Shown: one piece after another, positions 40,992-50,457 of the stretch
Position numbering within the stretch: position 1 is the first letter of the stretch
How the letters are laid out: every line of letters begins with the position of its first letter
NCBI GenBank assembly: GCA_050257555.1
Contig: JBLMXB010000029.1
Location: 7,174-71,173 of the forward strand
Source: Hyphomicrobiales bacterium
GTDB lineage: Bacteria > Eisenbacteria > RBG-16-71-46 > SZUA-252
Direction of reading: 5' to 3'
Length of the DNA stretch: 64,000 nucleotides
Notes under the pieces: model-generated
The model's input: the letters and a program-made list of their open reading frames with translations, nothing else
What the model was told of the DNA's origin: nothing
Database searches by the model: none
Program-made: the position numbers and the translations under genes

Positions 40992-41113
40992 GCCCGGGGC
41001 GCCGGCGGGAAGGCGTAACCGCGTGCGGGACGCGGTACCACGCGGCGGCCGCGCGCCGAGGCGCGGGCCGCGCGGCGTCGGCCGCCCGTCGCCGTCGGCC
41101 GCGATGGAAGGGA

Positions 41114-42043
41114 TCAACGAAGGAGGCGCGCGGTGTTGTCGAGCGTGACGCGCGTCATCGAGAGCACGGCGTCGGCCCGGCGGAGGATCTCGTCCTTCTC
41201 CACGCGGAGGAGCCCGCTCACGCTGAACTCCTCGACGGCGAACGACGCGAGGACCACGCCGTAGAGGACCGCGCGCCTCAGGTTCGCCTCGCTCACCCGT
41301 CCCATGCGCGCGAGCGCGCCCATGAAGCCGCCGGCGAACGTGTCGCCGGCGCCGGTCGGGTCGACGACCGACTCGATCGGGTACGCGGGGCAGGCGAAGT
41401 AGACGTCCTTGCTCTGGAGGAACGCGCCGTGCTCCCCCTGCTTCACGACGACCGTCTCGGGCCCCATCGCGAGGATCGCCCGCGCCGCCTTGTGCGTCAG
41501 CGACTCCCCGGTCAGCTGGCGCGCCTCCTCCTCGTTCAAGAGGAGGATGCGCACCTTCTTCAGGGTCCGCATCAGCTCGTCGCGCTTGTTCTCGATCCAG
41601 TAGTTCATCGTGTCGGCGAGGACGAGCCGCGGGTGGTCGAGCTGGCCGAGCACGTCGCGCTGGAGGACGGGATCGATGTTCGCGAGGAAGACGTTCCGGA
41701 AGCCGCGCACGGTCTCGGGGAGCGCCGGCCGGAACGTCTCGAAGACGTTCAGCTCGGTGCGCACGGTGCGGCGCGTGTTCATGTCCTGGCTGTAGATCCC
41801 CTCCCAGCGGAACGTCCGCCCGGCCTTCACCTCGAGCCCGCTCAGGTCTACCTCCGCGTGCGCCAGGGCGGCCCGCGCCTCCTCCGGGAAGTCGGTCCCG
41901 ACCACGGCCACGAGATGCACCGGGAGGAAGTGGCGCGCCGCCAGGGAGAAGTAGGCCGCCGAGCCGCCGAGCACGTCCTCCACCCTTCCCGCGGGCGTCT
42001 CGATCGTGTCGAGCCCGAGCGATCCGACCACCGCGATCGCCAT
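41114..42043 (-). CDS. PfkB-family carbohydrate/nucleoside kinase
   Basis: ATG at 42043 (MAIAVVGSLGLDTIETPAG…). The C-terminal PfkB signature is DPTGAGDTFAGGF. It is 309 aa. Confidence 0.78.
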   Translation of the reverse strand: MAIAVVGSLGLDTIETPAGRVEDVLGGSAAYFSLAARHFLPVHLVAVVGTDFPEEARAALAHAEVDLSGLEVKAGRTFRWEGIYSQDMNTRRTVRTELNVFETFRPALPETVRGFRNVFLANIDPVLQRDVLGQLDHPRLVLADTMNYWIENKRDELMRTLKKVRILLLNEEEARQLTGESLTHKAARAILAMGPETVVVKQGEHGAFLQSKDVYFACPAYPIESVVDPTGAGDTFAGGFMGALARMGRVSEANLRRAVLYGVVLASFAVEEFSVSGLLRVEKDEILRRADAVLSMTRVTLDNTARLLR

Positions 42044-42045
42044 CG

Positions 42046-43758
42046 CTACATCGCCTCCGGCGCGCTCACGCCGAGGAGGCCGAGGCCGCGCTTGACCACG
42101 CAGCCGGTCGCCTTCGTCAGGAGGAGCCGGGCCGCGGTCGCCTCGGCATCCGCGGTCACGACCCGATGCTGGTGATAGAACGCATGAAACTTCGCCGCTA
42201 ACTCCTTGAGATAAGCGGGAATCCGATGGGGCTCCCGCGCCTTGGCGGCGGCCGCCAGGAGCGACGGGAAGCCGGCCAGCGCGCGCAGCACGAGGACGGT
42301 CTCGGGCTCGGAGAGGAGCGAGAGGTTCGCGGTTCCGGGATCCGGCTCGGGCACGCCCTGGCTCCGGGCGTATTCGAGCACGTGCGCGATTCGCGCGTGC
42401 GCGTACTGGACGTAGTAGACCGGATTCTCCTCGGAGCGGCGGACCGCCAGCTCGAGATCGAAGTCGAGCGGGCTCTCCGCGCGGCGCATCAGGAAGAAGA
42501 ACCGGGCCGCGTCGACGCCGACCTCCTCGATCAGCTCCTCCATCGTCACGAACTCCCCGGCCCGCTTCGACATCTTCACGACCTCGCCGCCCCGGAGGAG
42601 CTTCACCCACTGGAGCGTGATCACGTCGAGGTGGTCCGGGTCGTGCCCCAGCGCCTCGACGACGCCCTTCATCCGCTGGACGTGGCCGTGGTGGTCCGGG
42701 CCGAGGACGTCGATGAGCCGCTCGTAGCCGCGGGCGAACTTGTCCTCGTGGTACGCGGTGTCGGCCATGAAGTACGTCGGCTCGCCGTTCGAGCGGATCA
42801 CGACCCGGTCCTCCTGGTCGCCGAACCGGGTCGAGCAGAACCAGCGCGCTCCTTCCCGCGCCTCGACCAGGCCGCGCCCCTCGAGGAGCGCCAGCGCCGA
42901 CCCGACGCCCCCGCCCCGGTGGAGCTCCGACTCGCGGAACCACCGCGACATCGTCACCCCGAACCGCGCGAGCTGCTCCCGTTGCCGCGCCACCATGAGG
43001 TCGATGGCCCGCGCGCCGAACGCGCGGCGCTGCTCCGTCTCGGGGAGCGCGAGCCAGGCGTCCGCCTCGCGCGGGTCGAGCGCCGCGGCGGCCTCGGCGA
43101 CGTACGCGCCCGCGTAGCCGTCCTCGGGGATCGGCGGCACGTCGATCCCCTTCGCCTCGCCGTACCGCGTCCGCACCGACGCGCCGAAGAGCTCCGCCTG
43201 CCGCCCCCAGTCGTTCACGTAGAACTCGGCGTCGGCGGCGTAACCGGCCGCGCGGAGGATCCGGACGAGGGCGTCGCCGAAGGAGGCGGCGCGCGCGCTC
43301 ACCACGTTCAGCGGCCCGGTCGGATTCGCGCTCACGTACTCGACCAGCACCCGCTGCCCGTGGCCGGCGTCGGTGGTCCCGTAGCCGTCGGGATCGTCGA
43401 GGATCCGCCGCACGGTCTCCTCGAGCCACGCGGGGGCGAGGCGGAAGTTGAGGAAGCCGGGCCCCTTGAGCTCCACGGCGGCGACGACGTCCGGATCGAG
43501 GTCGAGCGCGCCGGCGATCGCGCCGGCCACGTCCCGCGGCGGGCGCCGCGCGGCCTTCGCGAGCGAGAGCGCGACGGCGCTCGCCCAGTCGCCGTGCTCC
43601 GGGTCGCGCGGGACCTCGACGTCGATCGCGAGCCCCTCGGGCACGGAGATCCCCGCCCGTTCGACGGCCGCCTTCAGGCGGTCCACGAGATAGGCCTCAA
43701 TCGGCCACGAGTTCGCGACCGGCATCTCCCCAGAGCTTGTCGAGTAGATAGTATTCAC
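42046..43758 (-). CDS. argS: Arginine--tRNA ligase
   Basis: 570 aa ORF with an Arg_tRNA_synt_N domain, class I HIGH-like SANPTGPLNVV, KMSKR-type MSKRAG and a DALR anticodon-binding C-terminus. The start may be the Met at 43725. Confidence 0.9.
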   Translation of the reverse strand: MNTIYSTSSGEMPVANSWPIEAYLVDRLKAAVERAGISVPEGLAIDVEVPRDPEHGDWASAVALSLAKAARRPPRDVAGAIAGALDLDPDVVAAVELKGPGFLNFRLAPAWLEETVRRILDDPDGYGTTDAGHGQRVLVEYVSANPTGPLNVVSARAASFGDALVRILRAAGYAADAEFYVNDWGRQAELFGASVRTRYGEAKGIDVPPIPEDGYAGAYVAEAAAALDPREADAWLALPETEQRRAFGARAIDLMVARQREQLARFGVTMSRWFRESELHRGGGVGSALALLEGRGLVEAREGARWFCSTRFGDQEDRVVIRSNGEPTYFMADTAYHEDKFARGYERLIDVLGPDHHGHVQRMKGVVEALGHDPDHLDVITLQWVKLLRGGEVVKMSKRAGEFVTMEELIEEVGVDAARFFFLMRRAESPLDFDLELAVRRSEENPVYYVQYAHARIAHVLEYARSQGVPEPDPGTANLSLLSEPETVLVLRALAGFPSLLAAAAKAREPHRIPAYLKELAAKFHAFYHQHRVVTADAEATAARLLLTKATGCVVKRGLGLLGVSAPEAM

Positions 43759-44080
43759 GGGCCCGCGCGTGGAAGACGTGCACCACCACGTCGACGTAGT
43801 CGAGCAGGATCCACCGACGCGCCTCGTACCCCTCGACGTGCCACGGGCGGATTCCCTGCTCCCTCAGCCCCTCGTCCACGGCGTCCGCGATCGCGCGCAC
43901 CTGCACCTCGGAGTGGCCCGTCGCCAGCACGAAGAAGTCGCTCACCCCCTCGAACCCGCGGAGGTCGAGGATCAGGACGTCCTCCGCCCGCTTGGTCAGC
44001 GTGAGGCGCGCGGCCGCCCGCGCCAGCTCCTGGGAGGGAATCGGGGGCGGGGGGGCGGGCTTGGACCGGGCCCGGCTCAC
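43697..44080 (-). CDS. rsfS: Ribosome silencing factor RsfS (iojap-like)
   Basis: The GTG at 44080 overlaps the upstream stop (GTGA). DVLILDLRGFEGVSDFFVLATGHSEVQVRAIADAV…WILLDYVDVVVHVFH is typical of RsfS. It is 127 aa. Confidence 0.8.
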   Translation of the reverse strand: MSRARSKPAPPPPIPSQELARAAARLTLTKRAEDVLILDLRGFEGVSDFFVLATGHSEVQVRAIADAVDEGLREQGIRPWHVEGYEARRWILLDYVDVVVHVFHARAREYYLLDKLWGDAGRELVAD

Positions 44081-45138
44081 CGGCGCCGGGTCACCGCGTA
44101 GCGGACGGCGTCCTGCAGGGCCGCGCGGGCGACCGAATCGGGGACGTGCTCCAGCTCTTCCTCGGCGCGCGACGCGAGCTCCGCGGAGCGGGCCTCGCTG
44201 TACCGGACGCCGCCGTGCTCGGTGACGAACCGGACGACGTCGCTCCAGTGCCCGTTCCGGAACTCGCGGTTCTGGATCATGGCCTTCATCTCGTCCCGCG
44301 CGCGCGACGGTGCGTTCGAGAGCGCCGTGATGAGCGGAAGCGTGATCTTCCCGCCCTCGAGGTCGCTGCCGCTCGCCTTCCCGATCACGGTCTCCGAGCC
44401 CAGGTAGTCGAAGAGGTCGTCGGTGATCTGGAACGCGAGGCCGATCGCGTGCCCGAACCGGAACATGGCGCGGCGGGCGTCGTCGCGGGCGCCGGCCGAG
44501 ACGGCCCCGAACTCGCAGCCGGCCGAGATGAGGCACGCGGTCTTCTCCTCGATCACCCGCATGTACTCGGCCTCCGTGAGGTCGAGCCGGTTCCACTGCT
44601 CGATCTGGCGGAGCTCCCCCTGGCTCATCCGGTGCGTCGCGTCGGCGAGGAGGTCCATGGCCACGTACATCCGGTTCTTCACGAGGATCGAGAACGCCTT
44701 CGAATAGAGGTAGTCGCCCATCAGGATCGCGACGTCGTTGTTCCAGGCGCTGTTCACGGTCGGGAGCCCGCGGCGGACGAGGCTCTTGTCGACGCTGTCG
44801 TCGTGGATCAGCGTGGCCGTGTGGATCAGCTCCACGACCACGGCGCCGAGGATCGCCTCCTCGCCCACCGCGCCGAAGCCGCGGGCCGCGAGGAGGAGGA
44901 GCGTCGGCCGGAACCGCTTCCCGAACGCGCGGTGGAGATGGGCGCCGACCGCACCGACGAGCGAGACGTCGCAGAGGAACGCGTCGTCCAGCCGGTCCTG
45001 GAACCGCTCGAACGCGTCGGCGATCGGCTCCCGGATCCCGGCGAGGGTCGGCTCTTCGGTGGCGGCCCGGACGGCCTGTGGCTGGGGACGGGTCAATGCG
45101 CCTCTAACGCTTGAGGGGACGCCGATTACAGACGGCAC
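44077..45138 (-). CDS. Polyprenyl diphosphate synthase (IspB/heptaprenyl-octaprenyl type)
   Basis: 353 aa ORF. The first DDxxD is LIHDDSVD. The second is FQITDDLFDY. Confidence 0.85.
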   Translation of the reverse strand: MPSVIGVPSSVRGALTRPQPQAVRAATEEPTLAGIREPIADAFERFQDRLDDAFLCDVSLVGAVGAHLHRAFGKRFRPTLLLLAARGFGAVGEEAILGAVVVELIHTATLIHDDSVDKSLVRRGLPTVNSAWNNDVAILMGDYLYSKAFSILVKNRMYVAMDLLADATHRMSQGELRQIEQWNRLDLTEAEYMRVIEEKTACLISAGCEFGAVSAGARDDARRAMFRFGHAIGLAFQITDDLFDYLGSETVIGKASGSDLEGGKITLPLITALSNAPSRARDEMKAMIQNREFRNGHWSDVVRFVTEHGGVRYSEARSAELASRAEEELEHVPDSVARAALQDAVRYAVTRRR

Positions 45139-45141
45139 AGT

Positions 45142-46524
45142 CTAGGCGGCGGAGCCGTCGCTGTCAATCGGGAACCCGTGCCGAAGCCGCGTGAGAAGGC
45201 GCTCCCGGTCGTTGAGACGCGGATCCTCCAGGACCTCTTCGAGCAGCCGCTCGAGCGCGGCCCCGACCCGCCGCCCCGGCGGCAGGTTGAGCTCCCGCAT
45301 GACGTCGGCCCCGTCCACCTTGAGGTCGGAGACGCGGAGCGCCTCGGCCGCGGCCAGGACCTTCCCGATCCGCCGCGACAGCTCCCCGAGGTAGTGCGGG
45401 AATCCCACCTTGGTGCCGTTCCCGACGTTGTCGGCGATGCGCAGGTCGAAGAGGTCGGCCACGTGGTCGGCGCCGACGTTCCGCACGAAGCGCCGGACCG
45501 TCGCGTCCGTCCACTCCCGGCGGTAGTCGAACATGTGGTGGCGGACCAGGTGGACGACGGCCTGGATCGTCTCGCGCGGGAAGCGGAGCCGGGTCATCGC
45601 CGCCTCGGCCAGGCGGGCGCTCTCGAACTGGTGGTTGTAGAACGTCGCGTCGCCGTTCTCCTTCTCCGCCCGCGTGAGCGGCTTCCCCACGTCGTGGAAG
45701 AGCGCGGCGAGCCGCACCACCGGCTTGGCCGCGGGCGCGGCGTCGACGACGTACAGCGTGTGGAAGTAGACGTCGTACGCGTGGTAGCGGTTCTGCGGCA
45801 CCTGGACGCACTGCGCCAGCTCGGGGAGCACGAGCGCGAGGAGGCCGCTCGTTCGGAGCACCTCGAAGCCGAGCGACGGCGTCGCCGCGGCGAGCATCTT
45901 CATCAGCTCCTCGCGCACCCGCTCGGCGGCCACCCGCGCGACCTGCTCGCGCGAGGCGCCGAGCGCCGCGAACGTGGCGTCCTCGATCGCGAACTCGAGC
46001 GTCGCGGCGAAGCGCGCCGCCCGGATCGGCCGGAGACCGTCCTCCCGAAAGCGGACGACCGGATCCCCGACCGCGCGGAGGGTGCCCGCGGCCAAGTCCG
46101 CCCGGCCGCCGAACGGATCCACCTCGTGACGCCGGATCGGGTCCCACGCGATCGCGTTCACCGTGAAGTCGCGACGCGCGAGGTCGGCCTCGACGTCGGC
46201 GACGAACGTCACCTCGTCGGGCCGGCGCGCGTCGGTGTAGCCCGACTCGGTCCGGAACGTCGTGACCTCGCACGGGCCGGACGCGAGCACGACGGTGACC
46301 GTGCCGTGCTTGAGCCCGGTCGGCACGGCCTTCGGGAAGAGACGGAGCACGTCCTCGGGGCGGGCGCCGGTGCCGACGTCCCAGTCGTCGACGGGGCGGC
46401 CGCGGAGGAGGTCGCGCACGCAGCCGCCCACCAGGTACGCGGCGTGGCCGGCGTCGTGGAGCCGGGCGAGGAGCCCGCGGACGGGGTCGGGAACGCGTTC
46501 GGGATCGAGGGAATGGAGCGCCAT
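45142..46524 (-). CDS. cca: CCA-adding tRNA nucleotidyltransferase with HD domain
   Basis: 460 aa ORF. The PolyA_pol head is YLVGGCVRDLLRGRPVDDWDV. The HD region is ALFHDVGKP. Confidence 0.85.
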   Translation of the reverse strand: MALHSLDPERVPDPVRGLLARLHDAGHAAYLVGGCVRDLLRGRPVDDWDVGTGARPEDVLRLFPKAVPTGLKHGTVTVVLASGPCEVTTFRTESGYTDARRPDEVTFVADVEADLARRDFTVNAIAWDPIRRHEVDPFGGRADLAAGTLRAVGDPVVRFREDGLRPIRAARFAATLEFAIEDATFAALGASREQVARVAAERVREELMKMLAAATPSLGFEVLRTSGLLALVLPELAQCVQVPQNRYHAYDVYFHTLYVVDAAPAAKPVVRLAALFHDVGKPLTRAEKENGDATFYNHQFESARLAEAAMTRLRFPRETIQAVVHLVRHHMFDYRREWTDATVRRFVRNVGADHVADLFDLRIADNVGNGTKVGFPHYLGELSRRIGKVLAAAEALRVSDLKVDGADVMRELNLPPGRRVGAALERLLEEVLEDPRLNDRERLLTRLRHGFPIDSDGSAA

Positions 46525-46561
46525 GACCCCCTCATGGTACCAGAGCGGGCGGCCCGCTCCG

Positions 46562-47974
46562 TCAGGCCGCGAGCCGCTTTCCCTCGAGCGGAACGGTGAC
46601 GGTGAACCGCGCGCCGCCCCGCTCGTCGTTCTCCGCGACGATCGTGCCGCCGTGATTGCGGACGATCCGGTAGCTGGTCGAGAGCCCGAAGCCGTGTCCC
46701 TCCGGCTTCGTGGTGACCGACGGCTCGAAGATCCGGCGGAGCACGTCCCCGGCGATCCCGGGGCCGGCGTCGTGCACGACGATCGTCACGCCGTCGGCGT
46801 CGGCCCGCGTCCGGACGGCGATCCGCGGATCGGCCGTCTTCGCGGCGTTCATGGCGTCCGCCGCGTTGCTGAAGAGGTTGAGGAGCACCTGCTGGATCTG
46901 GCCGGGATCGAGGTTCATCTCGGGCACGCCCGCGTCGAGATCGAGGTCGAACGCGACCCGCTCGTACTTGTTCTGCGGGACGATGAACTCGATCGTGCGG
47001 CGGATCAGGTCGTTCAGCCGCGTCGGCTGCTTCCGGATCCCCTTGTGCGAGAAGTCGAGGAGCCCCTTCACGAGCACCCCCATGTTCCGCGCCTGCTCGA
47101 CGATGATGCGCGCGCTCTCCTCGGTCTTCTCGAGCGGCTGCTTCCCGATCCCCATGAGGAGCAGCTGGCCGCGTCCGGAGATCGCCGCGAGGTAGTTGTT
47201 GAGCTCGTGCGCGACCTCGGCCGCCATCTCGCCTTTCGCCGCGAGGCGCTCCTGGGAGATCAGCTCGTCCTTCGCCTTCTCGAGCGCGATGTACTTCTCG
47301 CCCGCTTCCTTGATGAGGAGGAGCGGCACGAAGAAGAAGATCAGGCCGAAGAAGCCGACCGCCAGGTACGACACGACGACGAGCGGCGAGAGGAAGAAGA
47401 GCGCCGCCGAGCCGACGAGCGAGTTCGCGTACAGGTACTCCTCGCGCCAGGTCGTCAGGAGCTTCCGTCCCGACGAGAGCGCGACCGCCCCCGACACGAG
47501 GAGCGTGTTGACGAGGAAGTAGACGAGCGTCATGACCGTCCACGGCAGGATCAGCGCGGGGCCGTGCATTCTCATGAGCCCGCCGGCCGCCACGAGGGGA
47601 TGGCCGCCGAGCGCCGTGAACGCGAGGCCGGCGGCCGCGATCGCCAGCACGTTCTGGCCCGCGTTGAAGATCGTCTTGTACCAGACCCGCTTCGAGAAGA
47701 AGAGGTTCGCGAGCGTGAAGGCGACCGCGACGATCCAGACCGAGGGCATGAATCCGAGGAGGACGAGGAGCGCGATGTCGACGACGGAGGCCATGCTCTC
47801 CATCGCCTTCCCCGTGATCGTCGAGAGCCAGAGGCTCTCGGCGAGGAGGCTGACGACGACCCACGCCGCGAGCTGCATCCAGCCGACCGGCGCGAGCGCG
47901 TGGAAGGAGAGCGCGAGCACGAAGCCGCCCGCCATCGTGACGAGCGAGACGTACGTGACGAGCGCGGGGCTCAC
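46562..47974 (-). CDS. Sensor histidine kinase with polytopic N-terminal membrane module; no adjacent response regulator
   Basis: The GTG at 47974 overlaps the upstream stop (GTGA). The H-box is EMAAEVAHELNNYL. The N/G boxes are LLNLFSNAADA, HDAGPGI, GHGFGLS. It is 470 aa. Confidence 0.82.
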   Translation of the reverse strand: MSPALVTYVSLVTMAGGFVLALSFHALAPVGWMQLAAWVVVSLLAESLWLSTITGKAMESMASVVDIALLVLLGFMPSVWIVAVAFTLANLFFSKRVWYKTIFNAGQNVLAIAAAGLAFTALGGHPLVAAGGLMRMHGPALILPWTVMTLVYFLVNTLLVSGAVALSSGRKLLTTWREEYLYANSLVGSAALFFLSPLVVVSYLAVGFFGLIFFFVPLLLIKEAGEKYIALEKAKDELISQERLAAKGEMAAEVAHELNNYLAAISGRGQLLLMGIGKQPLEKTEESARIIVEQARNMGVLVKGLLDFSHKGIRKQPTRLNDLIRRTIEFIVPQNKYERVAFDLDLDAGVPEMNLDPGQIQQVLLNLFSNAADAMNAAKTADPRIAVRTRADADGVTIVVHDAGPGIAGDVLRRIFEPSVTTKPEGHGFGLSTSYRIVRNHGGTIVAENDERGGARFTVTVPLEGKRLAA

Positions 47975-48789
47975 CGGGCGCGCTCCGCCGCCGCGTCGAG
48001 GAGCGGGCCGTAGAGATCGGTCCGCCGGTCGCCGAGGAGATCGTTCCGGGCCGTGACGCGCTTGTCGCGCGCGGCCGCGGGATCGATCGTCGCGGTCCGG
48101 ACGCACTCCTCGGTCGCGTCGGCGACGGCGAGACGCTCGCCGGACGGCGAGACGATCTGGCTCCGGCCGGCGAACGGGATCGTGACGCCGCCGGCCGTGT
48201 CGCTCCCGGTCCGGCTCGACGTGATCGTGAAGACCCGGTTCTCGAGCGACCGCGTGATCATCGCGTCCTGGCAGTACGGATGGACCAGGTTCGCGGGGTG
48301 CGCGATCACGTCCGCGCCCTCGAGCGCGAGAACGCGGGCCGTCTCCGGGAACCGCCAGTCGAAGCAGATCATGAGCCCGACGTCGGCGCCGGCGACCGAG
48401 CCGTGCCGGGGCGACGCGCCCGAGCGGTCGAAGACGAGCGTCTCGGTGTCGAAGAGGTGCGCCTTCCGGTACGTGACGGCGGCGCCGCCGGGCGTGAGGA
48501 GGACCGCGCTGTTGTAGATCCGGTCGCCGTCCCGCTCGGGAAGGCCGAAGACGACGGCGGTCCCCGTCTCCTGGGCGGCGCGCGCCAGGCGGGCGACGCT
48601 CGGTCCCGAGGGGACCGACTCGGCGACGCGCTCGAGCGCCGGCCGCTCGAGGTAGAGGTACCCCGACGTCGCGAGCTCGGGACAGACGAGGAGGTCGGCG
48701 CGCGACGCGCGGACCGCGTCCTCCATCCGCGCGGCGTTCTCCTCGGGGCGACCGTACGCGGGCGTGAACTGGTAGAAGCCGACGATCAT
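47971..48789 (-). CDS. Carbon-nitrogen hydrolase (nitrilase superfamily)
   Basis: ATG at 48789 (MIVGFYQFTPAYGRPEEN…). The catalytic E-K-C context is VCPELATSGY, YRKAHLF, LMICFDWRFPE. It is 272 aa. Confidence 0.8.
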   Translation of the reverse strand: MIVGFYQFTPAYGRPEENAARMEDAVRASRADLLVCPELATSGYLYLERPALERVAESVPSGPSVARLARAAQETGTAVVFGLPERDGDRIYNSAVLLTPGGAAVTYRKAHLFDTETLVFDRSGASPRHGSVAGADVGLMICFDWRFPETARVLALEGADVIAHPANLVHPYCQDAMITRSLENRVFTITSSRTGSDTAGGVTIPFAGRSQIVSPSGERLAVADATEECVRTATIDPAAARDKRVTARNDLLGDRRTDLYGPLLDAAAERAR

Positions 48790-48877
48790 GCCGGCGCCCG
48801 CCTTCCGCCAGTAACGCCAAGGGCGATGCGACCTTGCGTGGTCACGACGCGACCGTAGCAGCGGGCGCGCGGGACGG

Positions 48878-49621
48878 TCAACGGGATTCCCCCTTCGCCC
48901 CCGGTTCGGCATCCTCGAGGAGCTCCCGGGGATCGAGCGGCTCCTCGCGCGTCCCCTTCGGCGCGCCGACCTTGAGATCGCGGTCGCGGGCGCTCCGCTC
49001 GAACTTCCAATCGGTGAACTCGGCCCAGAGCGTGTCGGTCTCGGACGCGAGACGAACCCACCGCGGGAGGCCCGAGCGCGGATCGGCGGCGAGCCAGAGC
49101 GTGACGGCGCGGCCCGACGCGTCCTTCGTGGTACCGCCGACCCGGAATCCGTCGCGCGCCCCGCCCATCGCGACGGCCCGCTCGGGCGCGGGTTCCAGGT
49201 CGCCGGTCAGCGCGCGCTCCGGCTCCGCGATGAGGCGGCGGAGCCGCTCCGGCGCGCGCGCGAACGCGCCGCGATAGAGCACCGCTTCCCTGGGACTGTA
49301 GAGGAGGAACGCGTCGGCCCGGCGGTCGATCACGACGTCCTGCCCACCCGGCTCGAGCGAGCGGTAGCGGAGCCCGCGTCCCGGGAGATACCAGGCCCGT
49401 CCTCGCTCGCGGCTCGGCGGGCCGCCGAAGGGATCGCTCCGCTCGAGCGTGACGCGCGCGACGGATTCGGCCGCGTCGAGCACGGGACGGAGCATCGCGC
49501 GGACGGGCGTATCGGACGGCGCGGCCCCGAGCACCGAGGCCGCGAGGAGGAGGGGCGCGAGACGCGGGGCGCGGCGGACCGCGAGGCGCAGGGCGCGTCC
49601 AGGGCAGCGACGCCCGCTCAC
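48878..49621 (-). CDS. Secreted hypothetical protein, LolA-like by eye
   Basis: The GTG at 49621 overlaps the upstream stop (GTGA). It has a signal-like N-terminus (RLAPLLLAASVLGAAPS). The size and pattern …GRAWYLPGRGLRYRSLEPGGQDVVIDRRADAFLLYSPRE… recall LolA-type lipoprotein carriers. No motif-level proof. Confidence 0.4.
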   Translation of the reverse strand: MSGRRCPGRALRLAVRRAPRLAPLLLAASVLGAAPSDTPVRAMLRPVLDAAESVARVTLERSDPFGGPPSRERGRAWYLPGRGLRYRSLEPGGQDVVIDRRADAFLLYSPREAVLYRGAFARAPERLRRLIAEPERALTGDLEPAPERAVAMGGARDGFRVGGTTKDASGRAVTLWLAADPRSGLPRWVRLASETDTLWAEFTDWKFERSARDRDLKVGAPKGTREEPLDPRELLEDAEPGAKGESR

Positions 49622-50379
49622 GGCGCCCCCTCCGGCTCGGCGCCAGGCTCGCCGACGTACCGTCGGATCAGGTCCCGCGCGCGGCGGTCGTCGAGGGAGA
49701 GCGTGGTCCAATCGGCATCGGGCGCGGGCGGATGGCGGAAGCGCGCGGGCTCACCGCGCGCGTAGCCGTCGATCGAGAGACGGATCACGGCCTCGCCGCG
49801 CTCCCACTCGATCCACTGGGGCAGCCGGCCCCCGCGGTAGGACTTCGTGGGGCCGTACCGCACGGCGACGAGCGGGCCGCCCCGGTCGAGCCGCTCGACC
49901 CGGAGGCGGCGCGGATCGCCGTGCGCGTCGAGATCGAGCGCGAAGGGATGCTCCCCCGCCGGCGTCGGGAACGCTCCGGTCATCCGCCACCCACCGTCCC
50001 GGGGATCGATCGCGGCGCGCGTCATCGCCTCGCGGACCCACGGCGCGCTCAGGTCCCAGGGGCGCGCCAGGAACCGGAGCCCCTCGGCGCCCATCCCCTC
50101 CGTCTCCGGAACCGGGCCGGCGATCGCGAGATCGCGCGGGCGGAGCGCGAGGTAGAGGGAATCGCCGAGGAGCGCCGCGTCGAGCGCGCGGACCGGGCCG
50201 GCGTAGCCGATCGCGATCGTGCTCTCGGCCATCGTCGCCCAGCGCACCTCGATCGAGCCCTCCCGGCGATCGCCGCGGCGTGCCATCAGAACGCCCGAGC
50301 CGCGCGTCCCGGCATCCGGCTCCGCGTACGCCGCGAGGAGGTGGGCCCGCGCCGCGGCGCCCGACGTGACCACCGGCAC
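49618..50379 (-). CDS. Hypothetical envelope protein, possible LolB/DUF4292-like lipoprotein (start unresolved)
   Basis: Coding-like composition runs from about 50454 down to 49618. The first canonical start is the GTG at 50379. The 25 codons upstream encode AFRAALAQGGCLAVLLAAGCARV, a lipobox-like LAAGC, with no ATG/GTG/TTG before it. Confidence 0.4.
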   Translation of the reverse strand: MPVVTSGAAARAHLLAAYAEPDAGTRGSGVLMARRGDRREGSIEVRWATMAESTIAIGYAGPVRALDAALLGDSLYLALRPRDLAIAGPVPETEGMGAEGLRFLARPWDLSAPWVREAMTRAAIDPRDGGWRMTGAFPTPAGEHPFALDLDAHGDPRRLRVERLDRGGPLVAVRYGPTKSYRGGRLPQWIEWERGEAVIRLSIDGYARGEPARFRHPPAPDADWTTLSLDDRRARDLIRRYVGEPGAEPEGAP

Positions 50380-50457
50380 GCGCGCGCACCCGGCCGCGAG
50401 GAGGACCGCGAGGCAACCCCCTTGCGCGAGGGCCGCGCGGAAGGCAGAGTGGGCGCC

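Noticed and set aside
46543-46559. Inverted repeat gagcgggc-g-gcccgctc between the histidine kinase stop and the cca start, considered as a terminator.
   Set aside because: The loop is too small unless the stem shortens to 6 bp, there is no U tract, and the 37-nt spacer also has to hold the cca SD (GAGGGGG). The evidence is too weak to call.
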